NCBI GenBank assembly: GCA_900088475.1 | Contig: FLMG01003138.1 | Location: 6,679 to 70,678 of the forward strand | Length of the DNA: 64,000 bases | Direction: 5' to 3' | DNA from: Hyphochytrium catenoides | Taxonomy: Eukaryota > Protista > Hyphochytriomycota | Part shown: positions 24,701 to 36,090 of the stretch, in pieces | How positions within the stretch are numbered: the stretch's first letter is position 1 | Layout: each line of letters opens with the position of its first letter | The notes under the pieces: generated by a model | Database searches by the model: none | What the model was told of the DNA's origin: nothing | The model's input: only the letters and a program-made list of their open reading frames with translations | Translations under genes and position numbers: made by a program

Positions 24701-27700
24701 AGGAGCTGTTTACGTGATTAGCTCTCTTATCCCTTCCAATCACCCATTCATTAGCTTTCTCAAGTGACTGAATCTATCTTTTCATCTCCCTTTGCCAGTC
24801 TTGTCCTTTCCATACCTTCTGTAGTGGACTTATTTGAGTCACTTGATAGGTTTGTCACCCATCACCTGCACCGAGACTGAGAGCCTACGGAACTTAGCCC
24901 AGGAGCTAGGGGATGAAGACGAACACCGCACGGCAAAGAATCAATCACTAGGGGATGACGAGGATGAAGACTGGGGGGAGCAGGAGATGAGTAAACCAGG
25001 CGAAGGGGATGACGATCTTGACAGCCTTGACTGGTCAGATCTGGAAGAGGCAAACGAGTTTGAGAGGGCCATCCGCTGGCAAGAGGACGAGGGCGAAAAC
25101 TCTCCTTGCCAGTTATCGGGTAATGAGGCGGTAGGGATCAGCTACACCTCTCCGTCTGCCGCCGTAGAGAATTATCAAAGCCTTTTTGTGAGCAGCTTTC
25201 ATAACTCAGGACATCGAGGTAGTGGGATGTCTCGCTCGAGCTCCTCTCGGCCCTCACATTGTCTACCAGGGGACCTCAGAATGGAGGAAGATTCTATATA
25301 CGACCTCCTCCATTCGGGAAGCTTCCGGGTGCAGCTGCTACTAGACTTCTATTCTCTCCTTAGACCTCTATCTGCGGGAAGACTAATGATGAAGGCTGCC
25401 TTCGTTCTCGCCAAGTTTGGCCTGATGAGGGTCGGTGGAGGAGGCTGTGAAAGACGAAGAGATGGAGATGAGAGAGTGGCGAGCGAAAGGGGAGAGGAGG
25501 AGAGTCTGAGCTCCTTGTGTGAGCAACTCCTTTACGAATGCGTGCTTCTTATGGACCAGACGGAGCCAATTCCGAGCAGCAACGTCCCGTGCTTCACTAG
25601 CTTCGGAGTGCAGGGTAAGAAGTAGGATGGGAGTAGGGACATCATGAGACGTGGCCAGAGCTGGGGGTAGTGGGACAACGGCATCCCCAGTTGAACTGGA
25701 AGAGAAGACGCCAGCTATACGGCAGCACTATGTCACCGATTGTCTTGGTGCACTTTACTCTGTCCTTCTGCCCTGGGTGTCGTTGACCCTGCTGTGTGGT
25801 GCTCGATCGCTAGTTACTGAGCTACTTCTTCTATTGTTTCCTCTCATCGGCGGTTGCATTGACAGCGCTCGAGTCCTTCGGGGATATCCTCATACGCAAC
25901 CAGAAGTATAAGTACGCTATCTTAGCGTATGAAGCAGCAATAACCGCGCACAAGATAAAGGAGAAGAGAGACTATGACAAGGTACCGCGTCCGTCAGCCC
26001 AGGTTTTTTGCTATTGTCGCAACAAGGGCGTTCATAAACTACATATGAGACCTAAGTGTTACCTTCGGTCCTTTCGTTTCCTCGCCCATAACCTTCACTT
26101 ACTCTCAGCTCAATCGGCGTCTGTGCGGCATAACCCTCCAGCATCGGGATCTACAACGGTCTCTATCTTATCACCTAAAGGTGTTGCAGAGCAGCAGGAT
26201 GGAGCGAAACATCAATGAGTTCGTCTTCGTCTCTGAGGTTCTATCCAAGATTCAACTGGAACAGGGAATGTTCACCGCTGCTGGTAAGCAGGAATATCTA
26301 GCTAAACCCCGAAGATAGGAAGACGGGGTGGACAACTAGCATGAAGACACCTTATCGTCGGGTACAGAGTGACCAGTGAGATCTCCCTTTCCACGGAACG
26401 ACGAACAGATGCGACTTTCTTTTTGCTTTATGTTCTCCTTGGTTACTTAAGCCCGTTTACCTCATGACAGCTAAGCCGTCCTTGTTTTTTAGAGAGCAAC
26501 CTACAAGTCGCCCTTATGTTCTTGAATGAGGCGTCGGCAGGTGAGAGACAAAGTCAGGCCTAGGAAAGGGTAACGTATAGAGAACAACGTCTTAGAAGAC
26601 TAATTTGTAAAGAATACGGAATGATAGCAGAAGTGATGATCAGGAAGAACCGAGGGGCAAAGAATAGTAAGAACTGAAGAGGATGGCTGAAAAATCTTCG
26701 TTTTGTCCTTGGGAGTCTGTGTGACGAAGCCATGACACGTTCGTTTCATTTCCTTTGTGCCAATCAGAGGTCTCCAGTCCGACACTGGCTGATTCATACC
26801 AGGCGCACAGGCTGGACCTTCAAATGAAGGTAAGAGTGAGGAGAACCGACCATGAATTCACTTGAAAGAGAGAGAATGGGTAAAAGCTACATTGGGAGAA
26901 ACAAAACCAAGTGGTCTCGTGGTAGAGGCCGCGCAAGCTTAGAGCGGGATGGACGCTACTCCTGAGCGGTCACCAGCTCCTGGACCCTTGTACTAAGTAA
27001 ATCTCTTCTAATCTGGCTGCCGAACATTCCACTTGTTTGCATACCGCGCAGATTGTAGAAGTACAGATCGCCCGAGACCACTTGGACCAAGCTACTAAGA
27101 CGCTGCAGGGGATGGCCGAGGGTCTGCCTGCTTGCGCCCGCCGCTCCAATCTTTTCTTCCTCCTTCTCAAGTGCTTTTTGAGGATGAGGTGAGCCCATGA
27201 ATGTTCAGGGCCGATGCCTTTACGTTCGGGGCTCTCATATCCATATGGACCCACACGGTCATACCTTTTTACCTGGCAGACAGCTTGATGACTGCAATAG
27301 CATGTTTAGCGCGTTGGAGGCTGAGGCTCTGGTCTACCAGCTTAATCAAGAGGGAAAGAAGGGAGATAGCTATAACTTCGGTAAGCGCTAGTCCATCCAT
27401 CGTTCCGTCTAGCAACCCTCTCTGTCTTTGAAAACTCTGACGGTTATGAAGCTGTCTCGAGTACCTTCTCTGTACACCTTCCTAAGAGTTTCTCGTGACT
27501 ACATGCTGCACATTGATCCACGTACAAGTTATCCTTATGCTTTACTGACTTCATCTTGTGCAGATGGGTATAGAAGCCATGAGATCGTACAAAGCTATCA
27601 GTTTCGAAGCTACAAAGCTCGAGCTTTTCTCTATGCCCTCAGGCTTGAAGAAGGCGTCTCGTCCATCTCCTCCTATTTGTCTCTTTCACCGCCGATCTCT

Positions 27701-30700
27701 CATCCTGTCTTAGGCAAGCTCTGGTATCTCCAGGGAAAGATCTACGAAGAGAAGTACGATCAACTTGCCAACCGCAGAAGGGAGAGCAAACAAAGACGGC
27801 CTAGGAAAGCTACTGAAGACAGCTTAGATGGGCAGACAGGGACACCTGACCTTCAGCAACTGATGACGCAGAAGGAGGTAGCTTGTCAGGCGCTTGAGTG
27901 CTACAAGAAAGCTGTTAGTTACTTTAGCGCCGTGGAAGACGTACAGAATCAAGCTAAATCTTCTGCAAGATTATCTTCCTTCATGCTCAAGAGAATCTTT
28001 GAGAGTGGGAGAGAGCAAGGAGACAGCACAGAGCTTCTTAAGGTACATCTTCTAGCTTCTTTCCGTGCTCCTCCTGCTGTAGCAGAAACTGTGCCCTCCA
28101 CAGCTATGCCGCTACATCGAGCGCCCTATCCAACAGTTGCATTTTCCACCTATGTCCCACTTCATCTCTCACTCTCACTCTCTCTTCGCACTTATCGCTC
28201 CGGGCCATCTCCCCTTTCTATTCTTCCCCATTCACTCTTCTGCAGGATTGTGCGGCATATACACTGACGTCTCTAGAGCGATGCGGAGAGACTGCTTCCC
28301 CATTAATCATGGCTCACTGCCTCGTCAACCTCTCGGAGCTTCGCTACTTACAGGATAGAATTGACCTGGCTCTTTCCGCTTGGAAAGAGGCTTACAGGCT
28401 TATCTCGTCACTCTACCTCCAGAAACGTAGCTTTGCTGTCATGAAGGGTGAACGAGAAGGGGAAGGAATAACCGAGGCGGCCGGAAATGGTAGTCTCCCT
28501 CTTGCCCCCTTTGGCCCTGGCGTTTTGATGAAGCTGGAAAGCCTCGTACGGCGGTTGGTCCGACTCAGCTTTCTCTTGAATCCGCCTCAATTGTTGTCAA
28601 AGGTAATGTTGCCTCAAGCCCTTCTCTTCTACACTACCATCTACTGTTCACTCCCTGCCTCATTTCAGTCTCGCCCTTTTCTCCGTGTCTGCTGCTGCTG
28701 GGCTATTTGTCGTTCTATGCTGTTCAATTTTTGTGCTGAAGCAATTATGTCTTTGACGTCGAAGGGAGAGAGCCTTCCTCTAAATTGCTAGCGATTTTGA
28801 TATCTGCGGGTAGACAGCTACGAATGGGTGTTTGATCTGCTTCTTGTGCTCCCAACCTTCTCTTACACTCTTTCTCGGCTTTCGTTTGACATTCTCGTCC
28901 CTTTTTCAGGAGCTTCCGGTCGCGCATCTAATGAGCAGTCTAGTCTATTTGGAAGTTTTAAGGTATCACCTGGAGAATAGCCAGAGATACAAAGAGGAGC
29001 AGGATAGGCTCATGAAGCTCGCCATGCGGAGAAAGGATCCGGATGCGAGCATGAAAGAGGCTACTGTCTTGGATAACAGGGAGATAGCAGATGTAAGGCC
29101 CACTGTCAGCGTCCAAGCTGTCGCTCCTCTTCCTTTTCGCTGTATAGCTGGTTCTTCTCTCTTTCTCGACTCTCGCTGCAATTTTCCTCCTTCTCGTTGC
29201 CACATTCTCCTTCCTCTCGCCTAGCGTTCGTGATGGCGCATCATCTTCATACAGTTCAGGGGCGTTTTGTAGCCTGTATGATGCCCCCGTACGTTTGTAC
29301 TAGGTGGCTGTCTCTCTCTGACCTTCCTGTGACGAAAGAGTCCAGTTTGAAGGCCAAGAACTCTTCCTTCCCTCTTGGCTTTTTACTCATATGTTTCATT
29401 GGTTCTAGTTCTGATCCCAACTGTTTACTCTTCCCAGCCCGCCCTTTCAAAGGTTCCTTTTGCCCCTCCCGTTGACGCTGTCGTCACCGATTTGGAGAAG
29501 AAGAGGAAAAGAAGCTCCTATTCAGATTTCCAAAGCCTAGTGCAGCAGATGCAGGGCAGAGATAAGGTCTCTGTGAAGGTATAGCCAGTCTCTCTATTAG
29601 ACCCACTTGCACTTCCATCGGAACAGGTCTTTTCGCACTCCCAAACCTGTTCCCTTCTCAAGTTTAGCCTATCGCTAGCGGAACCTACCTCCGTCTGTCC
29701 GTCTTTTGGAGCTCTACAACGCCCTCTTTTTCAAGACTTTCTCTAACTTCCTCGAATGCCTGACTGACACTGTCGTGTGCATCGGTTCTATAGGTGGAGT
29801 CTCCCTCTTCAGTGCCCTCCCACCTTGCAGGTGAGCAGATAGCAGACACAGAAGAAAAGCTACTCTCTGGGTTGCTGAGAGAAGAACCCTCTGCCTTTGC
29901 ACCAGGTGAACGTAACTTAGTCTTCTCTGTTTAGAGGATTTCCGCGTTCTCTCTCTCCTTTCCCATGGCTTAACTTATCTTCCCTATCCCTGACATCAGC
30001 TTTGACCCACCCCATTTTGGACCGCCCTACCAGCCACCTCGGCTTCTTTTTAGCTTTGTTCCTGCTTCAGATTATGCCTTAGGGCGGAATGTTAAACTTA
30101 TCTTCTCCCCGTATGCCTTATTGGAAATTCTTTCAGCCCTTCCACTTACCAAGTACCAAGGAATGAGCAGCATGACTTCCTCAGAGGCGCTCTGGAGCTG
30201 CTTTTATAGGCTACACAATCTGAATCCTAGGAAGTACCAGACGGGAGAAATGTCCCTTAATGACTTCAGGAGGTGGGGCCATCCTTAGGGTTAAGGTCTC
30301 GTCTAAGGATCTCTTTGTCTAGCATCGGGGCGTTTCTTCTCTGCCATAGACCACGATTCGATGCTAACAATCTCTGTATGTCCTTGTTAAAGCGAGAACA
30401 TTCGGATCATGCAAGAAATCCTTCGCCTCAAACGGGAAGTAGAAGGCCCCGAGCACAATGGTTGCTGGCTCGAAGAAGAAGAGAAAGGAAATGCGGAAGA
30501 TGCCGATGCTGACTCAGGAGGTCCACTAGTCTTTATGCAGGAGAAATCACTCAATGGCTCTAACAAGACCCGACATTCTGATGGAGCAAGCCAAACCTCA
30601 GGGAGAAGCAGAACTAGTAAGCGCATTGGCTGCCAAGAGAGCGGATGTAGTCAGCTACTCTACCTTAGCAGTGTGAACGGTATATTCTATAGCTTTAGAC

Positions 30701-33091
30701 CAAGCACCAGTGAATACTGCGTGTGGGAGGAATGGACCAGGGACAACTTAGAAGAGAGAGCACAAGGACGTAGCAGACAGGGCCCCTTCCGGGCCCTTTT
30801 GGATGGTGCCCGTCCTCACGACAAGGACCTTGTGCTGACTGTACTCACGGACCTGCTGGGGGAGGAGGTAAATGAATGCAGAGCTTGTGCTTGCAGAACC
30901 CATCCCTTCCTCTGCAGCTCTCTTTCCCTTCTCGCTGGATGCGAAACTCTTCAGTCCCCTAACGTACTTCTATTGAACGGTTGATAGCCTTTGGGCTGCG
31001 GTGCCGCAGAGCCTGCTAGCATGGGCTCTATGAGTGACTAGGATACATAGTCTTGGCACTGTCTAGAGAGAGAGGTCGTCTGCTGCTTTGGCCTATTTGA
31101 GTCCTTTCAGACTTTCTCACTAAGCGTGCCACAGTTTTCTGGCTCTAATAACCTCCTTTCGTATCGGGACACGTGTCCAACTCATCTTGCAGGCAATGCT
31201 GATGGTCTTTTCTTCGCTACTGCTGGAACGGTCAGTGCTGATAGTGGGGAATGTTGAAAAGCACGGCCTAATTACTGGCGCTGTGGACTGCCTGCTGCGT
31301 CTGATCCGGCCTCTACATTGGAAGGGACTTTGTATACCTCTCCTTCCGCCCTCATGTAGCTCACTTCTTATGGTAAGAAAGAGCTGCCTTCGGATTTGTC
31401 CCCACAGAGCTGCTTCCTCCTGCTTGCATTAAACGAATTATTATTGTTTCACTGGAGTCAGCATGATTAATCGCCAACAGGGCGGTGACGCCCCATCATC
31501 GCAACTGTCGTCCTCTTTTGTTCTATTACTAGTCTGGGTCTTTGGTCTCTTTAGCCTTAGTTTCCTGTATGCCCCCGTCTTACTTGGGCAAGCTGCCCCT
31601 GCTCTGTCCTCCGTCCTGTCCATCATCTTCACGGGGATGTGTTACTTATCTCAACTCTACCTTCCTGTGTCTCTTTTCCAATTGGAACAGGATCTTTGCC
31701 TCAGACCTGGCAATGCTGAGCCTTTCATTATGGGAACCTTTGATGTGGTCCTGCAGCGCTGCCAGAGGCAGTTTGTCCTTGAAGAACTAGAGAATACCAG
31801 GAAGGACGATGGAAGGGATTGTAAAGGGTGGCAAGACGTCAGCTCCGTTCTAAAGGCCTCCAATCTGCCATCGACAATAGTTGTGGATCTCTCTCAGGCG
31901 AAAGTGACGATAGGTACTGATGGGGCAGATGGAGCAGCAGCAGAATGCTCTCTTCTTCCCAAAAATGTATTGGATAAGATATATGTGTCTTTATTTCAAG
32001 ATCAGCATGGGAACGCTAGGACAGGCTCATCTCTTAGCCGATGGTTTTCCAAACACCTGAGAGGAGGAAGGAATGGAGAACAAAGGCCACGCCCGGAGAA
32101 GAACCCTTCCACCTCTCTGATGGCACAGCCTAATAGGAGACAGGACAGCTCAGGCTTCGATCGGGGCGGCCGCCTATCGTCTGCCCTACGCCAATTCCTT
32201 GTCTCCCTCTTGAAGCGATACCCTGTATACTACAAGGAGATATCGGAGTCGGAAGAGGCAGCAAGCGGGATAAAGAGATCGAGACTTGTCTTTGACGCGG
32301 AAGGGTTTTGCAAAGGGGGAGATGCGTCACTGATGGACTTTCTCTCAAAGTTGGTGACGGCGGAGCACTTCAGGTCCCTCGTCAACCCACTCAATCAACC
32401 TCACTCTCAGTCAGCATTAGCTGCTAGTGGCCCACTGACTAGCTTTATGGCAGGATGGCGGGTAAGGCATTTCTGACATCTACTACAGAGACTTGACTGT
32501 TAGTTCACGGATTCTGCTGGCTATTTTCTCTGCTCCTAGGAGGACGCGGCAAGAAGGATGACTCAGAAGGTTCTCAAGTATCGGCGCCTGCGAAGCCTAA
32601 CCCTTAGCGGCTACCTGCTCGTAACCCTTGGTGACGCTAGTGAAACGCAGGAAGGATTGACGGAGAGAAAGGAGGAGAAAAGACGTTGGTGTACATTGAC
32701 CAGCACGGAGATTATAGTCTATCGCTGGAGAAGCAAGACAAATGAGAAAGGGCGCCTGCATCTAAGTCCAAGTAGCACGAGCCTCGTCTTAGTACCTTCG
32801 CCATTCCTCTTAGGCTGCGATCGCAAAGGAGGGCGACAAGTGCATCTAAGGCTACAGAAGAGCGTTGATGTGAAGAAGGAAGAGATGATCGAGATATCGA
32901 CTCCAAATGTCATTAGACCAGAAGCGACTGTCAGTCAACTCACGCACCTTGCCTTTCGGTGTGAGAGTGAGGATCAGTGGAGGGAGTGGACCTCAGCCAT
33001 CAAAGCGCGCCTTTTGCAGCAAGACATTTGGGAAAGGATGCAACACTTGTATGGAGAAGAAGGGGACGGCAGTAGATCAAGTGAACGATAG
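21749..33091 (+). CDS. Very large multi-exon protein: acidic disordered N-terminus, TPR-like solenoid, cDENN/dDENN region and C-terminal PH domain (start tentative)
   Basis: TPR-like exons (ALESFGDILIRNQKYKYAILAYEAA; LGKLWYLQGKIY; ALECYKKAVSYF), a cDENN core (SSLLLERSVLIV...LLRLIRPLHWKGLCIPLLP...PFIMG) and a PH domain (LSGYL...KRRWCTL...FRCESEDQWREWTSAIK). Confidence 0.75.
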
Positions 33092-33271
33092 GGTCTATTA
33101 TTCCCAAAACCTTTCCCCTCTCTATCCTCCTGCCGCCATAGGAGAGAAAGGTGGTCATAAATAATAAGTATTCAAGCCATCACACTCCCTTTCCCAGCAC
33201 CTGCTCTCAGCCTCCCTGCGTTCTCGCCCTCTTTAGGTCAACTATGGAGCTATTGGTCATAGACCGCTTAC

Positions 33272-35501
33272 TCAGTCCTTCCCTTCCAGAGATCTGAGAA
33301 AGGCCTGTAAGCTGCCTGGCTGAGGGATTGATGGAGGAGCTACGTTGCTCTTTCGTTTTTTGGCCTTCTTGCCATTATCCTCTAGCACACTTGGGCTCTG
33401 CCGTCTCTCTAAGGCGGATCCTTTTATGCTGGTTGCACTCGTAACTTTTCTACTGACGGGCACAGAAGGTGAGCTACCTTGATGACGGGAGATAGAGGAA
33501 GAAGCTACTCTCCCTTGAGCTTGGGATGAGGCAAAAGAGAATGGTTTCTTTGATGCTGTCGCGTCCAGTTTCTGGGCTTGCGCTTGGTGAGAAAACGAAT
33601 AGGGAGCAGCCTTTCCTTGGGCTTGGGCTTGTGTTGATGCATAGGAAGAAGGCTGTTGTGAAGTCGTCATATTGATATCGGATGACTGGGTGTTGTCCTG
33701 CGTTTCTCGTTCCCCTTGATGGACAATAGCTTTGTCCTCATTCTTCTCTCTTGCTATCTGCTTCTTAAGGTGAGACGACTGCACACCCAACGAAGCGAAC
33801 GCTGCCAGAGGAGATGGGATGGTCTGTAGGCCACCGTCATTTAAAGATTGGAGTTTCTCCTGAACCAAGAGGGCAAGCTTCGTATTGCTTCCTGGAAATC
33901 ATTGTTGAACACCAGTAATGGTATGCCAGCAAGAATGCGTGAGGGAGAGAGAGTGAGAGGAACAACCCGATATCTAAGAAGAGAGAAACCACCTAAATTA
34001 TGCAGCTATCCATAGAGAACAAAATACGGATAACTGCGGTTGTTATTTCGGGCCAAATGAGAGAACTAGTCCTTAGCAGGAGGACTTGTTGCAGAAGAAG
34101 GAGAAATAGGTTTACGGTTAATCCGTTGACGTGTCCCGACGCCTGATGACCTAAAACTTACCGGGAGTGTGGCTTGCTTTGCCGCCGCCACCTGAAGGGG
34201 AATGCGTTGCGGCCCCTTTCCTTTCTTTCCTCTTGCTATGTGTCATCGCTTTTACTCGCTTCTTTCGTTGTCGTCTCGTCTCATTTCCTACTCGCTCAAA
34301 CGCGCCACATCGCTTGCAGGTCAGATTCTGTCCAGAAGCTCGTTAGGTAACGCATTTAACATATGCTCTTGTGAGGAGCGCTTCTCATAGCCGTTCAGAC
34401 CAGGAGGCAGGCAGAACAGGAGAACTTGGGGTCTAGTGGATAGGAGTCACGAAAAAATATCTGTGGGAGAGGGAGAGCGGGGCGCATCATCCATACCAAG
34501 GAAACTTATACTAAAAGTTAAGAGTTCTGAGGTTACCAGTTCCGACTTCAATGGATTAGTCTGGACGTCATCAAAGATCTTACTGCCTCCACCTAGAACA
34601 GAGCAACAGCAAAGGCGAAGTTAAGCACGTGCCAGCGACGTGAACGAAAGTACACATCTAGGGCCGTGGGGAAGAGAAAATAAGCACGAAAGTGTGGACA
34701 GTGGAGTTTGTTACGTTGAGGGAGAAAAGCCCGCTTGCTCTGTCCTAGCGCTTTTGAATTTTACCTTGCATTTGAAAAGTGCATCGCTGCTTGTTTGTCC
34801 TGGATCTCCAGTTTCTGGCTCGCACTCTAAGAGAGGCTGAATGGCCCACTATGAGTAGCGATGAACAGGACCGACAGAGCTTTTTCGTGACTTCCTCAGG
34901 AAGGGCTGAGACCGGTACGTGTATAGGTCATAAGAGAGAGGTGAGGATAAATAAGTGACGGCAATGCACGTCCATGCTGGAGCTACAAAGGCCAACAGAA
35001 GAGCAAAATACATCTGAACAGGTCCTTGGATTTGGGACAGGGAAGTGCCAGGGCAGAAGGTAGAGTGAGAAAGAAATAAGAAGGCAACCGTACATATCCC
35101 ATTAGCCGCTGCCACTGCCACCATTTCTGCCCTGTTCGAGATGAGAGCGTAGCGTTAGCAGAGTTATGCTGAAAATAAGGACTCAAAAGAGCGAGCATCT
35201 GCCACATCTGTTAAGGACTAGATGTAGATGCGTAAAGAATAAAATATAGGTCCGATAAATGAGCTTACGAATACTGATGAGAAAGTCCGGGCTGCCTGGT
35301 CAGTAGAGCATGTGCAGTAAACCAGAGGAAGTTAAGCCGCTGAAGCGCAGTTGTTGAAGGGATGACAGCATCCTTCTCCCAGTGGCTGCGCCTCAAGAAG
35401 GGGACTTCGGCACCAAACACGTCGCGGAAGTGTTGAGCTCCGCCTGTCAGGCCACTTTGGAGGGAGGACATCAGTTGAGATCTCTCCATGCCCTCTTCCA
35501 T
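33272..35501 (-). CDS. RPP21: RNase P/MRP subunit Rpr2/RPP21/Snm1 family protein with a long low-complexity C-terminal tail
   Basis: QRLNFLWFTAHALL, the zinc-ribbon halves KKLCRSCSSLLIVG (about 34855-34890) and TCKRCG (about 34305-34325), and a terminal SLQAFLRSL. Confidence 0.75.
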
Positions 35502-36090
35502 CCTGAGACGTGTGGCTGGAGCTATTCTACTCAAGATGGAGGCATGACCGGGGAGACATTGGTTCCAGATCAACAGTCTGCCACAGCCGATGTTCAATGT
35601 CTCGAGGTGGATTGTGAGCTGACCTCCTCCAACGGGAAGCCAGGGGCAACATTCGAGACGATGGTGCTGTTGATACTCATTCTTCGTCTGCGGCTGTCCG
35701 TTTATCTGGAAGTCTCAAGTGGAAAAGCTTCAGAAACTCATCAGAACCGTCAACCAACACCTGTGCTCCACAGTTATCAATAGTCCGATACAGAATTGGT
35801 TATCAAAATGCCAGCGGGTATGGGAACTTTCTTTGATGTGATGGAAACACCGGACTGAGCTCATCAGTCTAATAAGGATCCGTGAAGCTTGAAGCTTTGA
35901 AGCTTCATATGTCTGAGCTCCTCCTCTTCCACGAAGCTATAGGCAGTCGAGGAACTATGACGAAAGACGCGGTAGACCACTCTAGTGCCTGTTACTATTG
36001 ATAAGGGATAGCTTCCTCTTCTCCTTGTCTGGCTAGCAATCGTCTCTTTCTTCTCTGTAGGTTGAGAAGAGGAGGACAGGGGGGAGAAGA

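Noticed and set aside
26633-26690. Intronic GTGATGA...CTGA box pair
   Set aside because: No terminal stem, C' box or recognisable rRNA guide in a purine-rich intron.
31463-31690. Hydrophobic TM-like N-terminus of the 337-aa ORF
   Set aside because: It falls within a pyrimidine-rich intron of the DENN gene (donor at about 31372, acceptor at about 31690).
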